A model generated the notes under the pieces. The model did not search any database. It was not told the origin of the DNA and saw only the letters and a program-made list of their open reading frames with translations. 64,000 bases of DNA, taken from Glaucostegus cemiculus. Lineage: Eukaryota. The stretch is taken from the NCBI GenBank assembly GCA_976551045.1, contig CDPCPM010000213.1, positions 558,001-622,000 on the forward strand. The letters are read 5' to 3'. The number at the start of each line of letters is the position of its first letter. The stretch's first letter is position 1. The position numbers were made by a program, and so were the translations under genes. This document shows, in pieces, positions 1 through 12,233 of this stretch.

Positions 1-115
1 TCTTGTCTTCAGCACCTTGCCGCAGGGCAGGCAACAAACTGACCATGGGCAGGGCAGGGGATCCAGATGCTCCCAACCTGGAGTGGGCTCGAAATGCAGT
101 GCTGAAAATCTGCAG

Positions 116-175
116 TAAAAACAGAAAACGCTGGAAATACTCAGCAGGTCAAGTGGCATCTATGGAGAGAGAAGA
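116..175 (-). mobile_element. Penelope-like terminal-repeat fragment (ribozyme part missing)
   Basis: aaaacagaaaacgctggaaatactcagcaggtc...gcatctatggagagagaa matches the family copies at 42160 and 57885. A second small fragment lies at about 583-620 (+). Confidence 0.65.
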
Positions 176-685
176 TCAGAGTGCAGCGCTTCTGTTTGCT
201 GACTGGGTAGAAGAGGCCCAAGAAGCTAACTTGCTACCTAGTTGCTCATTTCAATAACCACTTCCAGAAAGTTGCCCTATATTGACTGAACTTCAGAATT
301 AAGTAATTGACTGCAATGTACTTTGAGACAACTTTAGGATGCAATAAAAGCTGGCCAAATACAATGCCTCTCTTTCTAGTTTTTCACTCAGCAAGTGATT
401 AAAAATAAAACATTCTGCATTGAATTGCTCTGCCACCATCTTTTGAAATGCCATTAAAGCACATAGAATTAAGGAGCAAATTGTATTCAGTCTGCTACAT
501 ATTCTAATTGAAAGAACATTATCTAACTCCGAACATTACAAGCAAACAATGTTCAGTTCAAATGTAGGGGTCAAGATGAGTGCCAAAGATGCTGCCTGAC
601 CTGCTGGACATTTCCAATGTTTAGCATCAGCAAAATTTTGCCCAATAACCAGTCAATCAGTACCGAATTCTTGTCAAACTGAAAT

Positions 686-1011
686 ATAAGGTAAGACAAG
701 ATATCTTTATTAGTCACATGTACATTGAAACACACAGTAATATACATATTTTGCGTAGAGTGTTCTGGGGGCAGCCCGCAAGTGTCACTGCTCTTCCGGC
801 TCCAAGATAGCATACCCTCAACTTCCTAACTCGTACGTCTTTGGAATGTGGGAGGAAACCGGAGCACCCGGATGAAACCCACGCAGATATGGGAAGAATG
901 TACAGACTCCTTACAGACAGCGGCCGGAATTGAACCTGGGTTGTTGGCACAGTAATAGCGTTATGCTAACTGCTACACTACCATTCCTGACCTACGTTAC
1001 TGTGCCTGCCC
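686..1011 (-). mobile_element. tRNA-derived V-domain SINE, tail type A (Rex1-like tail)
   Basis: tRNA-like head at 925-985, V-domain ggaaaccggagcacccggatgaaacccac, tail with aataaagatatctt on the minus strand. Close match to copies at 8821, 12290, 41490 and 47380. Confidence 0.85.
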
Positions 1012-1624
1012 TAATCTAACTAATATAGTTAGAGTATGTGTATTAGACTCAACAAAATGACAAACTTTCCAATTTTTTAATTTTTTTGACTTTCAGATTA
1101 AGCTCACTGATCTAATTTGCAGCTTTGCATTTGTAATTATCTTCATTGCAGGCACCATCTCTTGCAGGGTTTCATACTTTTTGGCATTTCTAATTATAAT
1201 TGTCAGTTTCATTTATAGTTTTTTTTGTCAGCATTGTGCTTTTTTCTGTCATCTTGCATATCTGAATCATTCCTGGTGTAACACAAGAGAAAAAGCTATT
1301 CCCCCTTATTGTTCTTATTGGTTACTGATTAACCTTGCCCACTTGACAGAGGTCCTGTCTTGTGTGTTCTCTCTATGATGTTTCTGTACTAGGGTTCAGG
1401 ATTCTTTTCCAACACATTTTTTGTTAACCTTCTTCCCTTTATTTCAATCTCATTGTACAGTCCTCTTGAACTCTTGATTACTTATATTCCCCTTCAGATC
1501 ATTTCACTCACCGTTCTCTTCACTTCTGTCTTTCCACGATCTCTGCACTGTAGCCTCCGTTCCAGAACTCCATTCTTATCCTGGCTGCTTGCTCACTCTG
1601 GTCCTCATGAAGTCCCAGTCACTT

Positions 1625-1810
1625 TGTTCTGCTGGATGTTGAGCTGACCATCAAATCCATCACAACCGCCATTACCAAGGTCAGCTATCTCTAGCACTGT
1701 ATCATCACTTGCCTCCTCCTCAACCACTGCTGATGAAAACCTCACCCTTGTCTTCATCATCTGCAGACACATTTAGTCCAATGTCTCCTTTGACAGCCTG
1801 TCACCCTTGT
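1625..1810 (+). mobile_element. degraded L2-type LINE fragment
   Basis: Pyrimidine-rich sequence resembling L2 ORF2 3' part (gctgatgaaaacctcacccttgtcttcatcatctgcagac). Recognised by eye. Confidence 0.35.
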
Positions 1811-2158
1811 GTCTGTCACTTCTGCACCTCCCTTCCTGACCCTCTATCTTCAGCCACTGGTCCTACTGCAGTCTTGGCCCTCACTGACCAAGGTTATATT
1901 TCTGTTACCCTACACCCCACCCCATTGCTTCTCATTTGTAACCCTGCCATTTCTCTTTGTCCAGATGGCTATGGATTCTTTATATATTACAATGGGTAAA
2001 TGGCTTGGAAATGACCAATCAGCTCAACCAAACAATGTAAGTTGTTGCTCTCTCCTATATATATCCAATGAAGATCAAAAGAGATTCAAGTGAGAAATGT
2101 TTCACCCAAATGAGAAATGTAAGATGCACAAGGACTGCATCTTCCAAACTCTGTATAG

Positions 2159-2283
2159 AGTCCTGATGCAGGGTCTCCACTTGAAACATTGACAATTCCT
2201 TCCCCCCTACAGATGCTGTTTGAGTTCCTCCAGCAGTTGTTACTTTTGCTCCAGATTCCAATATCTGCAGTCTTGTGTCTCCA
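2159..2283 (+). mobile_element. Penelope-derived short element with decayed hammerhead motif
   Basis: gtcCTGATGCagggtctccacttGAAAcattgac...cagatgctg...gagttcctccagc...ccagattccaatatctgcagtcttgtgtctcc. Confidence 0.75.
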
Positions 2284-2994
2284 TATAAAGATTGTTAGCT
2301 CCCTAGTGTCAACTGCCTCTGGTCTCTTCATCCTCTGTGAAACACTGAGGGACAATTCTCCAATTACAGATGACATCAAAATGTAAATAATTAATGCAGT
2401 ATTTTTTATTAAGCTGAAATTGATATGTATTTTCCCCTTACTCAAAAGCATAGGAGACGTGTGTCAGCACCATTTAATAAAACGGTGATCATATATACAT
2501 ATTTCCCTGGATGGAGGAGAGGTAGTTTTCACTGTGACTGAAAGTGATGAATTATTACCCTACCTTTAGTTTTCACTTTCTGGCTTTGTTCTCATCCTCT
2601 GGGCAGAACTTGGCCACTGGTACTGAAAAGGGAACAAAAGATGTAAATCCACCTTCCACCGCTTTGGGGCACTGCCTGTTGGTGTTGAAACACTCACGGT
2701 TTTGCTGGTTCCTTTCCAATGTATATATAGCTAGTAGGTGTGCCTTGTAATGCCATGATTTTATGCTATATCGTTTATATTTGCATTTCTCTTTGCACCA
2801 AAGTTTCAAAAATTGAGGGCAGATCATTCATATAAATTGCAGACCAGGTTTTCTGTCGCGGTCTATCCTGGTTCTGAAGCATTTCTCATCAAAATTACTA
2901 CTTTGCAGTCTGCCGTTTACAGTTTCTCGAGTAAAGTTGGAGACTTGATTCAGTTTGTCTTCATCCATTCATTTTAATCTAACGATGTTGCAAG

Positions 2995-3075
2995 TTAAGG
3001 CCACGCCCAGATGTCGCTCTTTATTTGCATATCAGTGGAACCCTGGCACTGATTGGTGATTCGCATCTGAATGAG
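2995..3075 (+). promoter_or_regulatory. RND2 proximal promoter motif cluster
   Basis: GCCACGCCC (Sp/KLF) 3000-3008, CAGATG 3008-3013, octamer ATTTGCAT 3023-3030, reverse CCAAT box CTGATTGG 3049-3056, CATCTG 3064-3069. All lie within about 250 bp of the start codon. Confidence 0.7.
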
Positions 3076-3244
3076 GCGCTCCCGGCTCATAGTCTGAGAG
3101 CCCCGAGAAAGCAAGTCAGTCAGGTTGAAGCAGTGAAGTATAGGGAACCACGGCACAGGGAGCTCCTGTACCGCAGTCTGGATTCTGCTGGATAGCTATT
3201 TGTTAATGAAAGGAGGCTCCGGCCACCAGGGCCAGAATCAAACC

Positions 3245-3346
3245 ATGGAGAGTCAGATCGCTCGCTGCAAGATTGTTGTGGTTGGTGATGCACAGTGTGG
3301 AAAAACTACTTTATTGCACGTTTTTGCCAAGGATTGTTATCCAGAG
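3245..3346 (+). CDS. RND2: RND2 coding exon 1 (P-loop GDAQCGKT); alternative in-frame start at 3206
   Basis: ATG at 3245 is in strong Kozak context (aaccATGg). It encodes [34 protein letters not shown]. Donor gag|GTTGGT at 3347. Confidence 0.95.
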
Positions 3347-3838
3347 GTTGGTATTTTTTTAAATATAATTCTTTACGCTGGAGTAAAGGGGATTTGAACG
3401 CACAATCTGGTTCATTGAGTAACCAGTTCACATTAAGCAAAAAGGGGAACTGGTTACTCAATGAAGTAAATGCGTCCCAAACTGGTATACAGATGCTGCG
3501 ATGTTACATTCTCGGCGCACGAGCCCCTTCTATTTTAATTCGCTAATGATAGTTGCACCAAAGAACTTTTTAAAAAAATACAGAACTGTGAGGAATATAT
3601 AAAATATGGAAGTTTAGATTGAAGAATTACTTAATGTGCATTTTGCAAATGATCTTCCAATTGCACGGTAGCGCTCTATAGCAAGTTTTTAATACACTTG
3701 AGTGTTCTGGAATTAAGTCCTATCTTTATGTTAAATGAATTTGCTACAGATAGCTGTTAAATATTTAACTGATTTTTTAGTCACTTTATATGTTCTTTAA
3801 TCTCATTTTTAATGCCATGTGTTGCGCTTTCATTCCAG

Positions 3839-3926
3839 AATTATGTTCCCACTGTGTTTGAGAACTATACGGCGAGTTTTGAAATTGACAAGCAAAGGAT
3901 CGAACTAAACATGTGGGACACTTCAG
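3839..3926 (+). CDS. RND2: RND2 coding exon 2 (effector loop YVPTVFENY, start of G3 WDTSG)
   Basis: Acceptor ctttcattccAG ends at 3838. The exon is 88 nt, encoding [29 protein letters not shown](G). Donor cag|GTCAGT. Too short for the ORF track. Confidence 0.97.
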
Positions 3927-5239
3927 GTCAGTGAACTGTTTGGTTGATAGGTACTCCTATTTTAATAAGGACCCGTGCCTCTCTAGTCCAGTGTCACTGC
4001 GCTGCTGTAACCCAGGTCCTGAGTGACTACTTGTCTCCGTGCTGACTTGTGTTGGTTCAACTAAACTGAACGCAGACCCTGTGCGCCACTGCGCAAATTC
4101 AGCGCAACTCCCGTACCCTTCCAGAGGCAGATGCTGTAAATCAGTTCATTCTCCGCTTAGTCTAACTGATTGGGGATAGTGTGTATCAAGACTTTTCTGA
4201 TGACATTAAAAGCAGAGTTAAACCATCTGACACCGTCACCGACAGGGCGTGCAACCGGCTCCCTTGTGGAGTGCATCTGAACGCGTCCATTAATTTGATT
4301 GTGGTTTACATTAATCTGACGGCATTAAGGAGTCAATGCAGATGTGCAATGAATATTTTAGCAAATGATCATTGATAATTAAGAGGGATATTACTTAATT
4401 CATTAAAACAATCCCTGGGAAATTTGGATAGTAGAGAGTGATAAAGGTCTCTCAGTGATCCTGCAGATTGCTTCAGCTCGGTTGTACAGACCCGGGTTGC
4501 GTTGAGCGGTGTCCTTGCCAGTGGGCTGGTGTTTGGTCTGTTCTACCAGACTCTGGGCTTTGCAGGAATGGGACTTTGGACAAAACGTGTAACAAAATGA
4601 TTTCGCTGTTTTCATCCCAAGGCTTAGGATGGGGGAGATGTTGAGGGAGTGGGTTGCTAGAGACTGAGAGCTATTGAAAGATTCACAGTGGAGACGGGAG
4701 GCAAACGTTGCTCTTATGGCATGGTGTCCGCTCCATTCTCTCCCCCAAACAGTAAAGACATCTCCCGAGACACAAGCGACTGCAGATGCTGGAATCTGGA
4801 CATATCCTGAGCTCATTTCATGAAAACTTGAAGAGGACAATAATTTTCAAAAACAAACTATTAAACCATTAGGCGCACCAAAGGTATTTTTGGTGTACTC
4901 TGCAGTGGTGCAAACGGTCTTGTTTCCCAGGCGTCAGCAGTACAGCTCCGAAACTGGCCACAGAGAGGCGGTCGAGTGACTGAGGGGCACTTGGTGATGC
5001 ATCGCCCTCCTGGCACTGGATGGGAGCGTGACTTGGCGTGGCTGAGATTGGGAGAAGAGCTCGTAGTGGTTCTCCTTCAAAAATTATTAACCGTTCCTGC
5101 AACTCTTGGGGCATTCCAAAAGGAAGTCTTCCGGCTTTGTGGGCTACATCCCGTATTGCCCCTTCTAAACTTCCCACGAGTTAGGCATTGAAAGGAGCTG
5201 TGACTAAATCCGACTGACCAGCATTGTCCTTAATATATC

Positions 5240-5720
5240 GCGCAACAATAACTTGTAACACAAAAGGTGCAGTATAAATGAAGTCCCAAACTACATCATT
5301 TAAAAACGAACTTCAAGTCGCCCAGGGTGATATGATAGATGACAAGGCAGCAGGTTCGAAGGAGTGTCTTAAAGGAAGAAAGGGAGGCTGAGAGGGTTAG
5401 AGAGGGGCCCTACAAGGGGCCTTGGTAGCTGAAAGCATGGTTGACAATCAGTGGAGTGACTAAACCTGGGAGTCTACAAAAACCTGAGACTACGGGAATT
5501 TAGTGACTTCAGAGTGCTGTTGAACTGGAGGGAGTCACCCGGAAGCAAGCCGGTGCAGGTATTCAAAAACAAGAATGAGGATTTTGAAAGTTGTGGTGGT
5601 GCCAATCACGGACCCGATGGTGCAGAGGTTTTTGGTTTTGCGTTTAGGAGGCTGGCTAGAAGAGAATTGCAATAGTCAGATTGAGCAGTGGAAAGCTCAC
5701 AGCAGCAGATGAGCTGAGAC
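5240..5720 (-). mobile_element. old L2-type LINE 3' region
   Basis: Starts gcaacaataacttgt and continues aaggagtgtcttaaaggaagaaagggaggctgagagg. Similar to copies at 16222 and 54020. Confidence 0.5.
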
Positions 5721-8700
5721 AGGAGTCTCCGTTAGTCCATAACCTGGTGTCATATGGAAGCCTCTTGACAATATCCATCATTTAAACCACAAAGTATATG
5801 ATTTAATTTTTTATATTCTCATAAAGACCATGGGCTGTCCGACTTGCCCTGTCATTCAACAGCTACTTCAAGGCCCAACCTCAACATATTTTATCGTAAC
5901 TCTCTATCCCTCTAGTTTAGAGAGTGAACTTGGTTTGATTATTGGCACTACTGAAAACGTTGATTCAAATATCCAGACAGATCTTGGGTAAAATAAATCT
6001 CTGGCTATCTGATGACCTGACTAAATATTCACAAAGCCAGTACTTTTAACATTGCAGGTATATTTTTGGTTCGATGGTCAATTGCAAATGCTATAAATGT
6101 TCCCATGCATTACAATAGCCTTGCCATTCAGTCAGACTTCCTGCCCTCAGTGGCTCTCAATTCGATGACCTGCAGGCCAGATCCTGTCAATGGCTGCACT
6201 CCACAATGATTTAGAAAACAGGAGCAGGCTCCTATGGGCTGATAACTTGCAGCTGAAGATTCCCAGTCTAGAGTAAAATGGAAAAGGTGGTACTGAGAGA
6301 GCAGTTGATGGCCCCTGTTCCCAAAGGCGAAACAGAATCCTCCCTCTGTGAATTTTAAGGCTTGGTGTCTCCTAAAGACAATGTATTGATTTGCTTAATG
6401 TTTTCAACCTTGAGGATCCCTTTCCTGTGGCCAGTTGTCCTTCGTCCTGGATGTTCAATAAATAATTTGAAAGAGCATTTTTAATTTTGTGGGAAACATA
6501 ATGAATTTTGGGTCAGTGGCAAAATTATTAGTGTGTCCTTATCCTGAAAACTCATTCACTGTACTTCTTATTATAAGCAAAGATACAATTGTGATTTTAC
6601 AGTTAATGATTATTTTCATGCAGTATGATCTAGTGAATGATTTTTCACCTCTAGTGGCTGCTATTTAGAGCATCCCTCTATAAAAAGAGACCTGCAATCA
6701 GGAATTAGGACCCAGCAGAGGTCTCTTCCAGTGTAGCTGCTCCCTGCTGTCCCTTTCAGTCCTCTTTCGTATGAGGAGTATTGTCTGAAGCTACAATGAG
6801 CCTTTCCAAAGATGAATTCCTGCATCAATAGCCTAAAGAGAGCTTGAAACCACTGCTTTTGCCCTTGAAGATCATCTTTCATGTTTAAAGTGCCTGATGT
6901 GTGTCACGCTGAAAGCAAAGGCTGCACTTTTCCATGTTTTTCTTCTCTGTCACTGGGGATTTATTTTGCAGGAAATATGAACTGCAAGGATTTGCATTGA
7001 TTTACTTGGATTCAATGACCATAAAACCTGTTAGACCGTAAGAGGGGAAATATTCTGTTACCCAGGCATGTTTAATAGGGTGAATTAGAGCAGTTGTAAT
7101 TGATTTATAAAACAAAGTTCTAATTAAATTTAATAGATTTATAAAGGAGCTCTACAGCCTTTTTTTTTTACCTACTAGGAGTTTTCAGTTAAACCAAATG
7201 CAACCTAATGTTTTACCTGTTCCTGTGACCGTTAGTGGTTGGTAGCACTTACTAGGGATAGGTTACTCTGAAACTGAGCTTTCCTTTCTAAAATGTTTAC
7301 TCATTGATTAAATCAAGATTAACTTCTAAAACAGAAATAATCAGAATCAAATGATTATAACCACTCACTTTAAACTGGAAAATACATTTATTTATTAAAT
7401 AAATAGAATCTGACAATGCTGGGAATACACAATTGGTGAATAGGTGATGGAAAGGAGTAAAATTGGTCCGTCCTAACTGTGTGTCTGTGGTCAATATGCT
7501 AGACTGCCTTTTCTTATTACTTTACTGATGAAAGAGCCATCAATTTTTTGCTAATAATATTGCAGTTTCATCTTATGGTAGATTTCAGTAAAACCCTTTT
7601 AGTACATCAATGGCTTCCAATTAAATACAATGAATTTTGTACAAATGAACTATTAATTGCTTCATCGCCTAACATTCCAAATTATATAAGTACATTTGTT
7701 GTTTAATCTGTCTGCTACATCTAATTGCTTTTGTGTAATGTAACCACACAAATTATTTTTCTTAATTCTCTAAACACTGCAATAAATTAACCCTGTCTGC
7801 TATTTTCATTCATTTAATGTTTTAAAAGCCCAAGTAAAACTAGCTGAATTAAAAGTGTGCCACTATAATTTAGAAGTTCCATAAGGGAAATTGGTAGCAC
7901 ATGTGAGTGCTCTGCATCATTTTCAGTGAAATGGGAAAATAATTGAATGTGTTTTCATCTTTCTGTAAACAAGGAGATTATTTTGGGACAGGCCCTCGCC
8001 TCACACAGGATTCTATAGTGTGGGAACCTGTGGTTTCTGATAACAAGTTTCCTCGCTTTCTCTGCAGCTTGAGGAATGTTGATGAGATTTTGTACATGAA
8101 TAGACTAGGGCTTAATTCTGACCTCTTGTTAGTTCCCAGAGCTATAGGCACCCAGTGCTGATAGAAGATTGATTGAAAGGGGGATGCTAATAATCACTAC
8201 TTCCATTTTAACTGCATTCCTCCCAACTAGCATTTTCTTTAATCCAAAATCATACTGTAAATTCTTTGGAATGCTTACTTTTAATCTTGAAGGAGTTTGG
8301 CAGGTACATGATGCAGCAATTTATTTGGGAATTGCATTGGCTTTGTCACTTTTACTAACTCCTGTTTCTCATCATAGATGCAATGCAATGTTTTTTTCTA
8401 ATGACCTTAGAATTCAAAATGCACTGAACTTAAATTACATTGCTATAGTTTTTACTTAATATAAATCTGGAATGTTGCCTAGATTTGTCAGAGAGTTAAT
8501 GTTAATCAAATTCAGTTTGCAAAGGACCTAGAATTCTAATTTTAATGAGGTCACCCTGTATGTTCCTGATGCAGAAATCAGGTTGGGGGCACTGAGGGTG
8601 ATTTGCACATAGAAATAACAGGTTGAATTTCTGGAGTGACACAAAATGACCCAGAAATATTGTCTCACTTCGGAAAATATTGAGCTTTCAACTCATAATG

Positions 8701-8756
8701 TCAATAACAGTAGCTTTATGCAACTGAATTTCCAGCGAGTACTCATAGAGAGAAGT

Positions 8757-9397
8757 AGCACAGAAACAGGCCTTTTGGCCTATCGAGTCCATGCTGATGA
8801 TTAACCGCCCATTTACACTAATAAGATATCTTTATTAGTCACATGCACATCGAAACACAGTGCAATGCATCTTTTGCGTAGTGTTCTGGGGGCAGCCCGC
8901 AAGTGTCACCACACTTCCGGCGCCAACACAGCATGCCCACAACCTCCTAACCCGTAGGTCTTTGGAATGTGGGAAGAAATGGGAGCACCAGGAGGAAACC
9001 CACTCAGACACGGGGAGACTGTACAAACTCCTTACAGACAGTGGCCGGAATTGAACCCAGGTCGCTGGTGCTGTAAAATGTTACGCTAACCGCTACACTA
9101 CCATGCAAGCCCAACACACTACCGTGCCTACCCATGTAATCCTGCATTAACCTCGTTATTTTTATTCTCGTCACATTCACATCTGCTCCCTCCAGATTCT
9201 ATCATTCACCTACATACTATTGGCAATTACAGTGGCCAATTATCCAACCAACATGCACGGATGAAAATGGCAAAGCCAGAGGAAATGCAAGTGATCACAG
9301 GGAGAACATGCAAATTCCACACGGACAGCACCCGAGGTCAGGATTGAACCCAGGCCTTTTACACTGTGAGGCAGTGGGTATACTAGCTGTACCACAG
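8757..9397 (-). mobile_element. older HE1-like SINE interrupted by a younger SINE
   Basis: CR1-like tail cacagaaacaggccttttggcc at the left. V-domain and tRNA head cacagggagaacatgcaaattccacacggacagcacccgaggtcaggattgaaccc at the right. Confidence 0.75.
8821..9134 (-). mobile_element. tRNA-derived V-domain SINE, tail type A, full length
   Basis: Colinear with the 686-1011 copy from ataagatatctttattagtcacatg to ccgctacactacc. Confidence 0.9.
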
Positions 9398-9426
9398 TTC
9401 CACTTGTTGGTTGGAATTAACTAGTT

Positions 9427-10021
9427 GGCGATCTGCATCTCTCCCTTGCCAGTCACTTCAACTCCCCCTCCCACACTATCACTGATATGTCAGTCCTCGG
9501 CCTACTCCACTGCCAGGAGAATTCCAAGCGCAAACTAGTGGAACAGCACCTCATTTTCCATCTTGGAACCTTGCAGCGTAACAACAGAAACATTGAACTC
9601 TCCCTCTTTAAGTAATTCCTCCCCTTCCCCACAACTCCACCCCCCACCATACCTCTCTTCTGCCCTTTCTTAGCCTTTTTGTTTCTACCCCTTTTTCCTT
9701 TCTCTCCTTACCTTTGACCCATCCCCCGGTGGATCTGCTCTCCCCTCCTCTCCCACACCTGGCTATCACAATCCCTTAACTGCATCTACCTATCACCACC
9801 TTGTACCCACCCTGCCTCCTCTTTTGTCCACCTATCACTGCTCTGCTTTTCCCTCCTTATATATTGGGCTTCCTCATTTCCTATCTTCAGTCCTGAAGAA
9901 GAGTCCTGACCCAAAACGTTGACCGCCTGCTTTTGTCCACGAATGCTGCCTGGCCTGCTGAGTTCATCCAGCATCATCGCGTTTTTCATCTAGATTTCAG
10001 CATCTGCAGTACTTTGTCTCC
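9427..10021 (+). mobile_element. Penelope-like retroelement 3' end: GIY-YIG C-terminus, pyrimidine-rich UTR, hammerhead-bearing terminal repeat
   Basis: 9427-9615 reads open as GDLHLSLASHFNSPSHTITDMSVLGLLHCQENSKRKLVEQHLIFHLGTLQRNNRNIELSLFK*, resembling the PLE endonuclease C-terminus (HFN..H...EQ.LIF.LGTL). Then cagtcCTGAAGAagagtcctgacccAAAAcgttgaccg at 9888-9925. Confidence 0.85.
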
Positions 10022-11574
10022 CTATTTGGCTAAAATTAGCTAGAATCATACTAACACATTATAATGAGTTGATGCAGGCCTGAGCATGTGTTGTATCCTT
10101 ATCAGCATGTGTCTGGATGTTGGGACTAGGATTTGCTGGGGTGGCATGGAATTCCTTAGCTTCCAGATATGTATGTAGTAGGCCTTCCCATGAAGAATAT
10201 GGGTTAGGTCCTGATGAGCACCACATCCTATAGAACTGCATTGCAACTTGTGCACAGAAGAGGAAAAGGTGAAAACAAAAGGTGTCAGAAAAATCAAACA
10301 AAAATACTATTTGGGTGTTTTAAATTACCATAATTACAAATGGTGCATTTCTCCCAACAAACCCACTTTCCCCTCTCTCCTGGCCCTATTGCTGCTGCCT
10401 TCTCTCCACATTATGGGTCTAGTAATATGCCGTGTCACATCTGGGGTGCTTCAGGAATTGATTGTTTTGCTTTGGCCAAAACAGGGAGAAATCTTAACCT
10501 CGGAGAGTGGGTGGGTTTTATGATGGCAGGAGATTAAATTCACAAAAGCAGGCAGCAGTTCAGATATGTTTTATGGGCTTACTAACTTCCAAATTTAACT
10601 TGAGTATATCTTACAGCAATTGGGAAATCCCTGCCAGGGAGGTGTGTTGTTAATTTAAATATATTAATGCCTTATTAGGAGCAAACCTGCTCCCCAAGCT
10701 CTATGAAACTCATGAGAAATAGAATGGTGTTAGATGGGGATTGAGAAGCTGAAAATATAATCTTACAATAAATTCCCTAGCTTCACATCTACTCTCATAA
10801 GTGACTGTGAAAGATTTTCTTCAGAGGAGTTGTGTTGGTTTTTTCTCCCTTAGTAAACTTTGGTGAAAGCATTGTTGTTTAGTGTCCACATTTTTGAGAT
10901 AGCTTTGGAACTTGCTTACTGCAGTTGGCTGGTCTCCAACAAGATTGGAAAATGGTGCTGCTCAGGTTGTAATATTGCCCGACCCTGAGGAAGAATGGAC
11001 CAAGTTATCACAGGAACCTTGGGGTCGGCAGGAGTCACCTGCTGACCCAGCTGCGGCTGTAAGAAAGGGCTCGTGTCAGAGAAGAGCTCAAAGGAAGTGA
11101 CGCCCTACACATGGTATATTCAGAACAAGGCTCACTCTGCCCTACGTGCTGCAACAACAATAACCCAGGAGGCTTAGACCAGAGACCGGCAGATCTCCGC
11201 CCTGGCCTATTGCCATCCAGTTTTGGTGTTGACTGCAGTCTTTTCCTTCCCATAAACAGGGAAGATGATGGCCCCGTCCCTGTGAATCCATGTGGTGTAA
11301 CATCCAGCAGCAGAAGTCAACAACAGAGGGGATGGATTTAAGTTGGATGGATTAGAGGTTGGGGGGTGCTGTTGAGGAAATGTTTTTCACCTGAAGACTA
11401 TATAGTTCTCTCCTTGGAAGTTTGAAGGATGCAGAAACCTTAAACACATTTAAAAGGTACGTGGATGAACACTTGAAAGCCATGTCTTTACCAATATTGT
11501 TTATCAGTTAGCATTGATGGTTCACTTTATAAATACTTCAATTCTTCTGATATTCCTCTCCCACTCCACATAAA

Positions 11575-12185
11575 GTCATAGAATTCTTATTGCAAAGTAG
11601 GAGGCCATTTGATCCACTGACTTCATGCTGTCTCCATTTACAGCAAAATCACTATTCTAGTTCCCTGGCACTATCCTGATTGTCTTAGAAATTATTTGCT
11701 ATCAAGTGCCGTTCCAATTCCCTTTTGGAAGCACTGATTGATCTGTCCCCGCCATCCTTGCAGGCAGGTGAATTTCATAACTACATTCTGCTTTTTTTAA
11801 TTTATTTTTTTCTCCCACTACTTTTTGCTAAAAAATTTAAATTGTGCCCTTTGGTTCATGAACCAGTTGGTAATGGGAGCAACTTCCCTCCATTTACCCT
11901 GTCCAAACCAGTCCTAATCTTTCACCCTTTTGTTAAATCCCCTCTCGACTTTCTTTGCTCCAAGGAGAAAGACCACAGCTTCTCCCGGAAACAGAAGTCC
12001 CTCATCCCTGGACCCATTCCAGTGAATGTTTTCTGTACTCTTACTGGAACCTTCACATGCTCCTTGAAGTTAGGTGACCAGAATTGGATACAAAGCTCCA
12101 GCTGTAGCTTAACCAATGTTTTATTCTGGTTTGATATAATTTCCCCAACTATTGGGCTCTAAGATCGTAATTATGAATGCCAGAA
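11575..12185 (-). mobile_element. CR1 LINE 3' fragment
   Basis: ORF 11922-12116 (LELCIQFWSPNFKEHVKVPVRVQKTFTGMGPGMRDF...SLEQRKSRGDL) matches the CR1 ORF2 C-terminal motif. A small opposite-strand CR1 piece lies at about 11375-11480. Confidence 0.85.
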
Positions 12186-12233
12186 TGCATAATCTCACTT
12201 CTGGGGCAGTCAATAGACAGAACTGGGAACTAC

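Larger units (their letters stand above)
2830..5250. promoter_or_regulatory. CpG-enriched region spanning promoter, exons 1-2 and start of intron 2
   Basis: Visibly many CG dinucleotides (e.g. 3500-3545, 4070-4120, 4230-4290, 4930-5060) against a CpG-depleted background. Judged by eye, not computed. Confidence 0.6.

Noticed and set aside
8-25. REST/NRSE site TTCAGCACC
   Set aside because: Only the left half-site is present; the GGACAG half is missing.
3-257. 84-aa ORF as part of an upstream gene
   Set aside because: Its middle is a Penelope-repeat fragment and it shows no resemblance to a protein I recognise.
3071-3097. uORF MRRSRLIV*
   Set aside because: It starts only about 15 nt after the CCAAT box, so it probably begins upstream of the TSS. 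Cannot be supported without TSS data.
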